From Gammaproteobacteria bacterium (GTDB lineage: Bacteria; Pseudomonadota; Gammaproteobacteria; Steroidobacterales; Rariloculaceae), in NCBI GenBank assembly GCA_022820625.1, contig JAJEFE010000077.1, positions 96,126-160,125 of the forward strand: 64,000 bases of DNA. The letters run 5' to 3'. Made by a program: the position numbers and the translations under genes. Of the stretch, positions 43,406 through 52,992 are shown in pieces. Under the pieces are notes generated by a model. The model did not search any database and was not told the DNA's origin. It saw only the letters and a list, made by a program, of their open reading frames with translations. Numbering within the stretch: the stretch's first letter is position 1; every line of letters starts with the position of its first letter.

Positions 43406-44749
43406 ATGAAGACAGTGCCGCTGATCTCAGCCGCAGAGGCTGCACGGATGGTCAAGACCGGAGACGTACTGGTCGTTGGCGGATTCGGCATGACCGGTAC
43501 GCCCATTCACCTGCTGGACGCGATCGCCGCAACGGATGTCAACGGCCTGACGATGATTGCCAACAACATCGGCGAACCCGGCCTCGGGGGCGGACGGATG
43601 CTGCGCAACGGGCAGATCGGCAAGGCGATCGGTTCCTATTACACCAGCAATCGCGAAGCCGTCGAGGCGTATCAGACAGGGAAGATCGACATAGAATTGC
43701 TGCCCCAGGGCAGCATGGCCGAGGCGATCCGCGCGGGAGGTGCCGGCCTCGGCGGATTCTATACGCCCGCTTCTGCCGGTACGTCGTTGGCCGAGGGGCG
43801 CGACACGCGCATCATCGACGGCATCGAATACGTATTCCAACCGGCCCTGACCGCGGATGTGGCGCTGATTCGTGCATGGCAGGCCGATACCGCCGGCAAC
43901 CTCGTCTACCGCAGGACCGAGAACAACTTCAACCAGGCCGCAGCGACTGCCGGAAGACTGGTCATCGCCGAGGCGGAAACCGTGGTTCCCGTGGGCGAAC
44001 TGGACCCGGATCACATTCATACGCCCGGGTGCTTTGTCGACTACCTGGTCGAGGCTCACACCACGCTCGAGGAATTGGGCAGTTCGGCTTCGGTAGCGGG
44101 CAGCCTCAAGAAGGTGAGCGAGGCGCGCATGACCATGGCGCGCGGGGCGCTGGAAGAACTGAATCCGGGTGACGTCGTCAATCTCGGCATCGGCATTCCC
44201 ACCCTGGTGGCGGACCTGATCACACCGGAGCACGGCATCATCATGCACACGGAAAACGGAATGCTGGGTGTCGGTCCGGAACCGGAGTCCGGCGGGGCGA
44301 TGGATTATCCCGTCAACGCGGGCAAGATCCCGGTGACCGCGTTACCGGGCAGCAGCTATTTCGACAGCGCCAGTTCCTTCGGCATGATCCGGGGCGGGCA
44401 CGTGGATGTGGCGGTCATGGGCGGTTTGCAGGTGGACGAGAGCGCCAACCTCGCCAATTGGGCCGTTCCCGGAAAGCCGCTTCTGGGAGTAGGGGGCGCC
44501 ATGGACCTTGCTTCGGGCGTGCGGAAGCTGATCGTCACGATGATGCACACCAGCCGCGACGGGGCAGCCAAGATCGTTCCGGAGTGCACGCTGCCGCTCA
44601 CGGCCGTCGGTGCCGTGAGCGTAATCGTAACGGAGTTGGCCAAGTTTCGTTTCGTGGATGGGCGGCTGGCCCTGGTCGGCGTCATGCCCGGGGCATCCCT
44701 CGACGAAATTCGTGCAAACACAACCGCGCAGTTCGACGTCAGGACTTGA
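43406..44749 (+). CDS. 3-oxoacid CoA-transferase, A and B subunits fused in one polypeptide
   Basis: The N-half ([21 protein letters not shown]..., [22 protein letters not shown]) is subunit-A-like. The C-half ([13 protein letters not shown]...[11 protein letters not shown]..., GGAMDL) is subunit-B-like. Confidence 0.85.
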   Translation: MKTVPLISAAEAARMVKTGDVLVVGGFGMTGTPIHLLDAIAATDVNGLTMIANNIGEPGLGGGRMLRNGQIGKAIGSYYTSNREAVEAYQTGKIDIELLPQGSMAEAIRAGGAGLGGFYTPASAGTSLAEGRDTRIIDGIEYVFQPALTADVALIRAWQADTAGNLVYRRTENNFNQAAATAGRLVIAEAETVVPVGELDPDHIHTPGCFVDYLVEAHTTLEELGSSASVAGSLKKVSEARMTMARGALEELNPGDVVNLGIGIPTLVADLITPEHGIIMHTENGMLGVGPEPESGGAMDYPVNAGKIPVTALPGSSYFDSASSFGMIRGGHVDVAVMGGLQVDESANLANWAVPGKPLLGVGGAMDLASGVRKLIVTMMHTSRDGAAKIVPECTLPLTAVGAVSVIVTELAKFRFVDGRLALVGVMPGASLDEIRANTTAQFDVRT

Positions 44750-44853
44750 AAAAGGCCGGTGCCTCGCCGGGGCGCCATCAGGCTGCGCCGGGCACAAGAC
44801 TCGACCTGACTTGGCATACATAAATTAATACATGAGAAAACGATTAACTATTT

Positions 44854-46320
44854 ATGAATAAAATGAGACTAAGTTGGCTAGCCAACGCAGCGCCTGGTCT
44901 TTTGCCGGTCTTCCTGGGCGGACTGGCCAACGCCCAGTTTCCACCCGCGTCACCGGATGCGCTGGAGCAGTATCCGATTTCCGAACATGACCGGCGTGTA
45001 AGCGCAATCGAGTCCTTCGACCAGGTGCTGGACGGCTGGGAGCGCCGCGCCAGGACCGGCAACATCATGAGTTCGTATGACGTGCAGGTGATCGAAACCT
45101 ACGACCCGGGCGAGCAGAAGTTTGAGCCGCAGCCCGGCAAGACGTATTTCTACGAAAACCTGGGTACTTCGACCGTCTTCTATTCCGCCGGTCGGCGTCA
45201 AGCGGCGGTGGAGGGCAACCAGGTCGTAGTCGGGGACGCCGAGACCAAGGAAGTCATTGCATCCTACATGTTGGCGCCCGAGATGCGCAGCAGCATGCAC
45301 ACCACGTTCATGTCTCCGGACGGACGGTATGTCTTCATCATCGGCTCGCCGTCGGGGGAACCCACCGGACTGGCGGGACTCGCCGTTTCGGCTTCCCTGA
45401 TAAAGGTCGACGCCCTGACGCTCCAGCCGGTCAAGCAGATGAACGTGGGAGGGCGATTGCACCACGGGCAGATCTTTCGGGACAGATTCCTGCTGATAGA
45501 CACGTTCGCCCGGGACGACGATGGGCTCGACCTGTTCCTGTTCGATCCGGAAACGGACCGCATCATCGGCGGTGTGCGCGACGAGGACCTGGGCGGCGCG
45601 ACCTACACCGCGTACACGGACGACGAGTACATCTACGTGCTCATGGAACCGGTGGGCTACGGCCCCATGTCGCTGACCGGATACATCGGAGCAGTCAATC
45701 TCGGGCTGGGACAGGTCACGGCGCTGCGCCCATTCTGGGTGTCTCGAATCGATCCGGACACCTGGGAAGTGGTGGACGAATACCCCTATCCGGGATACCG
45801 TGGCGACTGGATCCTCATCGACGACGCCAGCGAATACATTTACGTCCCCGGCGGCGGCTCCCACAGCCTGTCCAAGATCGAGCTTGCGACCGGCGACATC
45901 GCATGGCACCGGTCGACGGGCATCGGCCCCTATGGGGCGTCGTTCAATGCGGATCAGTCGGAAATCTGGGTGGCGGACAAGGGCGAGGCGAACGGCTTCT
46001 TCGGGCGCACGCTGACCGTCTTCGATACCGCGACCGGCAATCCGCTGGAAACCCTGTTCTCCGGGTACGTGGTGGATCATGTGCTGCTGTCGCCCAATGG
46101 CAGGGAAATGTGGGCCACCGCCAACGGTGACGCGCAGATCTTCGTATACGATGCGGCAACCCGCGAACAGACTCACGTCATCGACATGCCCAACTGGGGC
46201 GAGCCCCACGGTCTGGTCTGGGTTCACTACGACGCCGACGGAAGTCCCCGGGTCGTCAGGGACCAGGGGGGATTTCGCGGCGGTATCGACCCGGTCGCGG
46301 GTATCGTCCTCGACTACTGA
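44854..46320 (+). CDS. Exported beta-propeller protein (YVTN/YncE-like repeats), function unknown
   Basis: Signal-like N-terminus. Repeated blade-like segments (IWVADKGEANGFFGRTLTVFDTATGNPLETL; MWATANGDAQIFVYDAATRE). AT-rich upstream region. Confidence 0.6.
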   Translation: MNKMRLSWLANAAPGLLPVFLGGLANAQFPPASPDALEQYPISEHDRRVSAIESFDQVLDGWERRARTGNIMSSYDVQVIETYDPGEQKFEPQPGKTYFYENLGTSTVFYSAGRRQAAVEGNQVVVGDAETKEVIASYMLAPEMRSSMHTTFMSPDGRYVFIIGSPSGEPTGLAGLAVSASLIKVDALTLQPVKQMNVGGRLHHGQIFRDRFLLIDTFARDDDGLDLFLFDPETDRIIGGVRDEDLGGATYTAYTDDEYIYVLMEPVGYGPMSLTGYIGAVNLGLGQVTALRPFWVSRIDPDTWEVVDEYPYPGYRGDWILIDDASEYIYVPGGGSHSLSKIELATGDIAWHRSTGIGPYGASFNADQSEIWVADKGEANGFFGRTLTVFDTATGNPLETLFSGYVVDHVLLSPNGREMWATANGDAQIFVYDAATREQTHVIDMPNWGEPHGLVWVHYDADGSPRVVRDQGGFRGGIDPVAGIVLDY

Positions 46321-46408
46321 GCCGGATTTGTGCCGGTGCGGTCACCGATGGGCATGATCGAGTGACTCTATCCGGTGTAAACTCAGCCTTCGCAGGAGGG
46401 CAACCAAG

Positions 46409-47692
46409 ATGAGAAACAACACAAGATTTCGATGCACGTGGGTTCTGCTGGCGGGGGCCGCATTGGCCGCGTTCTCCGCAGTCGGCCGGGCGCAGGCGCC
46501 TGAATTCGTATTCGATCCAAGCTGGCCCCAACCGTTGCCGAACAATTGGAAAATCGGCGGAATCACGGGCCTTGCCGTGGACGCCGACGACAACATCTGG
46601 GTACTCAACCGGCCGAACGACCTGACGGCACTGGAACTCAGGGCGGAACCCTCACCGTCCATTGCGCTGTGCTGCGCGCGGCCGCCGGCGATGATTCACT
46701 TCGACCGGCGCGGCAACGTCATCGGGTCGTTCGATGCGACCCAGGGTCACGGCATGGACGTGGACGCCGAGGGGTTTGTCTACCTGGGTCAGGACACCGT
46801 TCGCAAGTACGACCCGAGCACGGGCGAGGTGGTGGCGGAAATCGCGCGCACGCCCGAACGTGAGAACGGTGCCCGGGTGGGTCTGCCGCCGCCCGTGGAG
46901 CGCGAGCCCGGCCAGGGCAGTCGCGGTCCGGTGATCAATTTCCTCGGGCCGCCCGGGGGTATGGCCGCCGCCGACCCGGCCGTGCTGGAGCAGCGGGCCG
47001 CCGCGCAAATGGCGTTTCGCGAGCGCTATCCGCCATCGACTCCGATGGTCGTTGGCGGTATCGAGGAGATCCGGATCGTCGATGCCGAAAACGAAGTGTA
47101 CGTCGCCGACAACTACCTGGGCGGACGTGTTCTCGTATTCGATCTGGATACGCTCGAGTTCAAGCGCGGCTGGGGCGCCTACGGCAAGCCGCTGGCGGAG
47201 ATCAGTGTCGACGACGCGGATCACGATTACACGCCCAACGGCCCCATGCCGCCGGACTTCGCCGGACACCTGACGATCAACGTCTCCAACGACGGTCTCG
47301 TGTACGCGGCCGACCGCAACGCCAACCGCATCCACGTCACCACCACGGAAGGCGAATTTGTTGACGAATTCATCCTTGCGCCGGAAACAGGCGCGGGCGG
47401 TTCCACAGGCGGGGTGGCTTTTTCCCATGATCCGGAGCAGCGTTACCTGTACATCTCCGACCTGACCAACAACCGCATCTGGTTCCTGAACCGCGCCGAC
47501 GGCGCCCTGATCGGGCAGATGGGCACCATGGCCGACAACGGCGGGCAGTTCTTCGGCCTGCACATGATCGCCGTGGACAGCGGCGGCAACATCTACACGG
47601 GCGAGGTCTTCACCGGCCAGCGAGTGCAGCGCTTCGTTCCCGCCGAAAGCGAAAAGGGGCAATTGCTGCTGCAGATCGCCGGGATGGATTGA
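46409..47692 (+). CDS. Exported NHL-repeat protein (peptidyl-alpha-hydroxyglycine alpha-amidating lyase-like family)
   Basis: Signal peptide. WKIGGITGLAVDADDNIWVLNRPND, LVYAADRNANRIHV, YISDLTNNRIWFLN and IAVDSGGNIYTGEVFTGQRVQRF. Confidence 0.7.
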   Translation: MRNNTRFRCTWVLLAGAALAAFSAVGRAQAPEFVFDPSWPQPLPNNWKIGGITGLAVDADDNIWVLNRPNDLTALELRAEPSPSIALCCARPPAMIHFDRRGNVIGSFDATQGHGMDVDAEGFVYLGQDTVRKYDPSTGEVVAEIARTPERENGARVGLPPPVEREPGQGSRGPVINFLGPPGGMAAADPAVLEQRAAAQMAFRERYPPSTPMVVGGIEEIRIVDAENEVYVADNYLGGRVLVFDLDTLEFKRGWGAYGKPLAEISVDDADHDYTPNGPMPPDFAGHLTINVSNDGLVYAADRNANRIHVTTTEGEFVDEFILAPETGAGGSTGGVAFSHDPEQRYLYISDLTNNRIWFLNRADGALIGQMGTMADNGGQFFGLHMIAVDSGGNIYTGEVFTGQRVQRFVPAESEKGQLLLQIAGMD

Positions 47693-47753
47693 TTTCAAAT
47701 CGCCCCGGCGCGGTACGCGCGCCAGTGCGAATGTATTGGAACACGCTTTAGTC

Positions 47754-47840
<87 letters not shown>

Positions 47841-47881
47841 CGGGGTAGGAAGGCGCCAGAATTTACTGGCTGTACCGATGA

Positions 47882-50122
47882 GTGTCAATCGTGCGTAGCA
47901 GCCGGTATCGGCATCCCATCCCATCGCGCAGCGAGATCGTCAAGGCGATGGAGACAGCGGGGCGTCCGCTCACGCTTGTCTCGCTCACAGGGCATTTGCG
48001 GCTCAAGGGCTCCAGGAACGAGGCCGCGCTCAGGCGTCGGCTCAAGGCCATGGTTCGTGACGGGCAACTTATTCGCAATCGTGCACGGGAGTATTGCCTG
48101 GCTCACCACCTGGATCTGGTAATCGGCCGGGTGCGCGCGCGCAAACACGGTTACGGCTTTCTGACACCGGACAGTGGCGGCGAGGACGTCTTCCTCTCGT
48201 CGAGAGAAATGGGCCGCCTTTGGGACGGTGATCGCGTGGCCGCACGCATCAGCGCCACTCAGCGCGGCTCCGAGGGCCGCGTGGTCGAGATTTTGCAGCG
48301 GGCTGTCACGGAAGTCGCCGGGCGCCTGGTCAAAGAGCGGGGATTCGACTGGGTGGAAGTTGAGGGTCGTGAGCGCACAAGGGTGCTCATTCCCAGCGGG
48401 CAAGGCCAGGGTGCCGGGGCGGACGACCTGGTTCGCGTCGAGATCACCTCACATCCCACCAGGCGGACCAATGCCATCGGGCGCGTCGTTCGCGTGCTGG
48501 GCCGTTTCGACGATCCGGGTGTGCAGACCCTGTCGGCCATCCTGTCGCACGGAATCCCGCACGAATTTTCTCCCGGCGTCGAGGCGGAGACGGCGGAGAT
48601 GCCCACGGGCGTCACGGCCGACGCACGGCGTGGACGCAAGGATCTGCGCAAACTGCCTCTGGTCACCATAGACGGCGCGGATGCGAAGGACTTCGACGAC
48701 GCAGTCTACTGCGAACCGGCCGGTAATGGCTGGCGGCTGATTGTTGCGATCGCCGATGTCGCTCATTACGTTCGCGCCGGGACGGGGCTGGATGAAGCGG
48801 CCCGGGAACGGGGGACTTCGGTCTATTTTCCGGATCGGGTCGTTCCCATGCTGCCTGAAGCGCTGTCCAACGGGCTGTGCTCGCTGCAACCTGACGTTGA
48901 GCGTCTGTGCCTGTGCTGCGAAATGACCGTTTCGGAGCAGGGCAGGGTGAAGAAGTCCCGCTTCTACGAGGCGATCATGCGCTCGGCCCGGCGATTCACC
49001 TACGACGAGGCTGCCTGGCTGCTTTCCGGCGAGTCCGGAACGTCTGGGGAGTTCGGAGAGTCCGGAAATTTCGGCAGGTCTGGAGATTCTGGGGAGTCCG
49101 GAAGGTCCGGAAACTCTGGTGGGAAGGATGCACCTTCAGCCGATTCGGCCACGTTTCGCAGCCTGAAGGCCCTGGCTGGTGTGTACGATGCATTCCTGGC
49201 GCGCCGCCGCGAACGCGGCGGCCTCGAATTCGATCTGAATGAAGTTGTCCTCGAACTGGATGACCGGGGTCGAATCGCCAGCGTCGCTCCCCGGCAGCGC
49301 CTCGTCACGCACCGGATCATTGAAGAGTGCATGATCGCCGCCAATGTTGAAGCCGCCAGGTGGCTCCAGAAGGCTCGTATCCCCAGCCTGTACCGGGTGC
49401 ACGAAGGACCGGGTCCGGAGCGGGTCGACGAGCTGATCCTGTTTCTGCGCACGCTGGGCATCACGTCTGTGTCTCCCGGTCGTCTGCAACCCGGCGACAT
49501 GAACCGGATTCTGAAGGCGACGGAATCGGGACCCGAGGCCGAACTGGTGCAAACGATGTTGCTTCGCTGCATGGCCCGTGCAGAGTACAGGCCGAAGAAC
49601 CGCGGGCACTTCGGTCTTGCGCTGCCCGCCTATGCGCACTTCACCTCGCCCATTCGCCGTTATCCGGATCTCCTCGTGCACCGGGCCATCAAGCATCTGC
49701 TCCGCAAGGGCGGCGTGAAGGGATTCAGCTACGATCTGGCGGCGATGGAGCATCTCGGCCGCCATTGCTCGCAAGCCGAGCAACGCGCGGATGAAGCCGT
49801 CTGGGACGTGGAGGAGCGCCTCAAGTGCGCCTGGCTGAAGGATCGTGTCGGAGACCGTTTCACGGTTTCCGTCGCCGGCATCGCGCCTTTCGGACTGTTC
49901 GTGCGTGTGCCGGAACTCGGGATCGACGGCCTGGTACACGTCTCCTCGCTGCCCCGCGACTATTATCATGTCGACGCCGGAGGCAGCGCATTGACAGGTG
50001 AGAATTCAGGCAGGAGTTTCCGTCTGGCCGACCGCTTGCGCGTGCAATTGACGTCGGTGAGTGTCCGGGAGCGCAAGATCGACTTTGTCCCGGTGGAGCG
50101 TACGAGTAAGGCGAGACACTGA
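47882..50122 (+). CDS. rnr: Ribonuclease R (3'-5' exoribonuclease, RNB family)
   Basis: YRHPIPSRSEIV N-terminus as in E. coli RNase R. PLVTIDGADAKDFDDAV, SVYFPDRVVPMLPE, HFGLALPAYAHFTSPIRRYPDLLVHR, and a C-terminal S1 domain. GTG start at 47882 or 47891. Confidence 0.9.
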   Translation: MSIVRSSRYRHPIPSRSEIVKAMETAGRPLTLVSLTGHLRLKGSRNEAALRRRLKAMVRDGQLIRNRAREYCLAHHLDLVIGRVRARKHGYGFLTPDSGGEDVFLSSREMGRLWDGDRVAARISATQRGSEGRVVEILQRAVTEVAGRLVKERGFDWVEVEGRERTRVLIPSGQGQGAGADDLVRVEITSHPTRRTNAIGRVVRVLGRFDDPGVQTLSAILSHGIPHEFSPGVEAETAEMPTGVTADARRGRKDLRKLPLVTIDGADAKDFDDAVYCEPAGNGWRLIVAIADVAHYVRAGTGLDEAARERGTSVYFPDRVVPMLPEALSNGLCSLQPDVERLCLCCEMTVSEQGRVKKSRFYEAIMRSARRFTYDEAAWLLSGESGTSGEFGESGNFGRSGDSGESGRSGNSGGKDAPSADSATFRSLKALAGVYDAFLARRRERGGLEFDLNEVVLELDDRGRIASVAPRQRLVTHRIIEECMIAANVEAARWLQKARIPSLYRVHEGPGPERVDELILFLRTLGITSVSPGRLQPGDMNRILKATESGPEAELVQTMLLRCMARAEYRPKNRGHFGLALPAYAHFTSPIRRYPDLLVHRAIKHLLRKGGVKGFSYDLAAMEHLGRHCSQAEQRADEAVWDVEERLKCAWLKDRVGDRFTVSVAGIAPFGLFVRVPELGIDGLVHVSSLPRDYYHVDAGGSALTGENSGRSFRLADRLRVQLTSVSVRERKIDFVPVERTSKARH
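49028..49126 (+). repeat. In-frame (Gly-X-Y)x11 coding repeat inside rnr, built from GAGTCCGGA-like units
   Basis: Translates to GES GTS GEF GES GNF GRS GDS GES GRS GNS GGK. The nucleotide units gagtccgga / aggtccgga / aggtctgga recur. Confidence 0.85.
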
Positions 50123-50126
50123 ACCC

Positions 50127-50918
50127 ATGGGCGGCGAGTATCACCGGATCTATGGCGTGCACTCCGTGCGTACCCTTGTGGAAACGCGTCCGGAAACGAT
50201 TCGCGAGGCGGTCCTGTTGCGGGGTTCGCGGTCCGGCGCCCTGCCTGCACTTCGTCGTGCGCTTGAGGCGCTGGGCATCCCCGTGGAGGAGGCTGACCGG
50301 GAGCGACTGGACCGAATGAGCGGCGGCGGGCGTCACCAGGGCGTACTGGTGCGGACAGCGGGAATCGTGGAGATGGGTATCGCCGATTTCGAGGAGCGGG
50401 TGATCGAGCGCGGCCGGACCTTCCTTTGCCTGGTGCTGGACGGCGTTCAAGACCCGCGCAATCTGGGGGCCTGCCTTCGCAACGCCGACGCCGCCGGAGT
50501 GGACGCGGTCGTCGTACCCAGGCGCCGCGCGGCCAGTCTGACCGCGGCGGCGCTCAAGGCGGCAAGCGGGGCCGCCACGACCGTACCGCTCGTGCGCGTC
50601 AACAATCTGGCCGGAACGCTTCGCTGGCTTCGTAACGTGGGCGTGTGGGTCGTCGGGGCGGATGGCGAAGCCTCCCGGACAATCTACCGGGCCGGATTCC
50701 GGCTGCCCCTGGCGCTCGTGGTCGGTGGCGAGGGAAGAGGGCTGAGGCGCCTCACCCGCGAGTTGTGCGACGAAACGCTGTCGATCCCCATGCGGGGTGT
50801 GGTGAAAAGCCTGAACGTATCGGTCGCCGTCGGTGTGCTGTTGTTCGAGGTGCAGCGGCAATTGCATGGCCATGCAGGCACCGGCCGTGCCCGTGGGGCG
50901 CCGGGCCAGCAGGGTTGA
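50127..50918 (+). CDS. rlmB: 23S rRNA (guanosine-2'-O)-methyltransferase RlmB (SpoU/TrmH family)
   Basis: Follows rnr, as in many gammaproteobacteria. YGVHSVRTLV, LVLDGVQDPRNLGACLRNADAAGV, LVVGGEGRGLRRLTRELCD and SLNVSVA. Confidence 0.85.
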   Translation: MGGEYHRIYGVHSVRTLVETRPETIREAVLLRGSRSGALPALRRALEALGIPVEEADRERLDRMSGGGRHQGVLVRTAGIVEMGIADFEERVIERGRTFLCLVLDGVQDPRNLGACLRNADAAGVDAVVVPRRRAASLTAAALKAASGAATTVPLVRVNNLAGTLRWLRNVGVWVVGADGEASRTIYRAGFRLPLALVVGGEGRGLRRLTRELCDETLSIPMRGVVKSLNVSVAVGVLLFEVQRQLHGHAGTGRARGAPGQQG

Positions 50919-51029
50919 GACTGTCCGTATCATGAAGTAGCATCTGCGCCGGCCTGCATTACCCGCCAATGTGCGTGCAGCGCGGCCGTAATTGACGCCG
51001 GGAGCGAATGTTCCGCCGCACTCGCAAAT

Positions 51030-51108
51030 GGACGGAGGAGAAGGCCGAAAAATTCGTTTCTCCTTGCCTCACCGGAAATCGGGAGGCTTTGACCGTAAGG
51101 AGCCTGCA
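51030..51108 (+). promoter_or_regulatory. Candidate rpsF-operon 5' leader structure (two hairpins just upstream of the SD)
   Basis: GGAGAA(51037-42)...TTCTCC(51058-63), and GCCUC-A-CCG-GAAAU-CGG-G-GAGGC (51066-51087). AAGGAG follows at 51097 and TTG at 51109. An S6:S18-binding leader is known for rpsF operons, but identity with it is not shown here. Confidence 0.3.
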
Positions 51109-51822
51109 TTGAGACACTACGAAGTCGTGTTTCTGGTCCATCCTGACCAGAGCGAGAACGTCCCTGCCATGATGGAGCGCTATCGATCCATGATCGAGGG
51201 TGCTGACGGACAGTTGCACCGCGAGGAAGACTGGGGCCGGCGGCAGCTGGCCCATTCGATCAACAAGATCCACAAGGCGCACTACCTGCTGATGAATATC
51301 GAGTGCGGCCAGGACGCGTTGGACGAATTGGTGGGCGCGTTCCGGTTCAATGACGCCGTTTTGCGTTACCTGGTGATCAAGCGCGACAAGGCGGTCACGG
51401 ACATGTCGCCCATGGCAAGGGCGCGCGAAGAGGAACGCGCTCGCGAGGAGGCGGCTTCCCAGGCCGAAGCGGCGCGCGCCAAGGCGGCCGCGCAGCGCAA
51501 GGCCGAACGGGAAAGGGAACGGGCGAGCGCCGATCAGGTCAAGGATGAGGCAAGCTCCGGACAGGGCACGAAAAAGGCTGACGCCAAGCAGGCCGAGGAG
51601 AAGACAAATTCCGGGCAGGACGGGGACGAGTCGGCCGCCGGGCAGGACGAATCAGAGGCGGGCGCCGTCGAGGCCGCGGAGGAAGCAGACGCCGGGGAAG
51701 CTGCACTGGAAGCAGACGCCGCGGAAGCGGGTGCGGGGCAGGGCGACGATTCCGCGGAATCCGGGGATGAATCCGGGGACGCCAAGGATGAAGCAGCCTC
51801 TACAGAGACTACCGAAGAGTAG
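51109..51822 (+). CDS. rpsF: 30S ribosomal protein S6 with a long charged/acidic C-terminal extension; TTG start
   Basis: (L)[24 protein letters not shown]... is the canonical S6 N-terminus. It begins at TTG 51109, 6 nt after AAGGAG. The ORF-track start 50992 adds 39 non-homologous residues. Confidence 0.85.
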   Translation: MRHYEVVFLVHPDQSENVPAMMERYRSMIEGADGQLHREEDWGRRQLAHSINKIHKAHYLLMNIECGQDALDELVGAFRFNDAVLRYLVIKRDKAVTDMSPMARAREEERAREEAASQAEAARAKAAAQRKAERERERASADQVKDEASSGQGTKKADAKQAEEKTNSGQDGDESAAGQDESEAGAVEAAEEADAGEAALEADAAEAGAGQGDDSAESGDESGDAKDEAASTETTEE

Positions 51823-51833
51823 GGAGGACCGAC

Positions 51834-52058
51834 ATGGCACGTTACTTCAGACGCAAGAAATATTGCCGCTTCACGGCCGACAACGTGGAGGAAATCGACT
51901 ACAAGGACCTTGCAACGTTGAAGCAGTACATTACCGAAACGGGCAAGATCGTTCCCAGCCGCATCACCGGCACTCGCGCGAATTATCAACGGCAACTGGC
52001 AACCGCGATCAAGCGGGCGCGCTACCTGGCGCTGTTGCCATACACCGATCAGCACTGA
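51834..52058 (+). CDS. rpsR: 30S ribosomal protein S18
   Basis: [47 protein letters not shown]... Confidence 0.95.
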   Translation: MARYFRRKKYCRFTADNVEEIDYKDLATLKQYITETGKIVPSRITGTRANYQRQLATAIKRARYLALLPYTDQH

Positions 52059-52089
52059 GGCATCCTGCCCGCGGCAGCGGGCCAGATTC

Positions 52090-52989
52090 ATGGCAGGTTT
52101 GGTGCAGTGGCTACTCTTACGGCGATATCGGCTGATCATTCTGGCTGCCGTCCTCGCGCCAGTTCCGGTGCTCGTATTCGTCTCTTCGGCGCTGATGACG
52201 CTGGAGACGCTCTACCGCGGTTCCCGAAACGGCGTTTTCAGCGCAGCGGCGGCGACCCTGGTGGCAATCCCGTTTGCATGGGCCTGGGGAGTCAGCCCCA
52301 CGGGGATGGCGCTGGAATCCGGCGCCGTGCTCTTCGCCGGGGTTGGTTTGGGCACACTGTTGCGCCGCACAGGTTCGCTGGCGCTGACGTTTCAGGGCGT
52401 AGGGCTCGTTTGCGCGGCCGGAGCCTTGTTGGCGGCCTTGCTCTGGCCGGAACCCGGCGCCTGGGTGATCGCCATTCTGGATGGGCTCGCCGAAGTGGCG
52501 CGCTCCGGAGGCGCTACGGAACAGCAGGTAAACTCACTGGTCGAAAACCTGGGGCCATACTTTACGGGTCTGATGGTGGCGGGTATTTACCTGCAACTCA
52601 TGGCGGCGTTGTTGACGGGAAGCTGGTGGGCGTCGAAAACGCAGGAAGAATCCCAGTTCGGCCCACAGTTTCGCCAGCTTCGTCTCGGCAAGATTCTGGG
52701 CATACCCGCGACCCTGTTGATGGCTTCCAGTTTGCTGCTGGACGGGCCCGTCGTCCGGAATCTTTTCCCGCTGGTGCTGTTTGCCTTCTGGTTTCAGGGG
52801 ATCGCCGTGGTGCACGCCTGGGCGTGGGCGAAGCGCTGGAGCGCGGGTTTCCTGGTACCGATGTACGTGCTTCTGATCATGCCGATCACGGCTGCGGTCA
52901 CTATTCTGTTGCTGGCATCGGTGGGATTGGTGGATAACTGGATCGAGTTGCGCAGGCCGTTGGCCGGGCAACCTCAAAAGAGGAATTGA
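52090..52989 (+). CDS. Polytopic inner-membrane protein (possibly DUF2232/YybS-like), conserved position between rpsR and rplI
   Basis: Multiple hydrophobic spans. It occupies the same position as the hypothetical membrane gene between rpsR and rplI in Pseudomonas. The overlapping frame 52107-52937 is Arg/Gly-rich and was rejected. Confidence 0.7.
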   Translation: MAGLVQWLLLRRYRLIILAAVLAPVPVLVFVSSALMTLETLYRGSRNGVFSAAAATLVAIPFAWAWGVSPTGMALESGAVLFAGVGLGTLLRRTGSLALTFQGVGLVCAAGALLAALLWPEPGAWVIAILDGLAEVARSGGATEQQVNSLVENLGPYFTGLMVAGIYLQLMAALLTGSWWASKTQEESQFGPQFRQLRLGKILGIPATLLMASSLLLDGPVVRNLFPLVLFAFWFQGIAVVHAWAWAKRWSAGFLVPMYVLLIMPITAAVTILLLASVGLVDNWIELRRPLAGQPQKRN

Positions 52990-52992
52990 GGG

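Noticed and set aside
52107-52937. Alternative-frame 276-aa ORF overlapping the rpsR-rplI membrane-protein gene.
   Set aside because: Its translation is Arg/Gly-rich and low-complexity, whereas the 52090 frame gives a coherent polytopic membrane protein.
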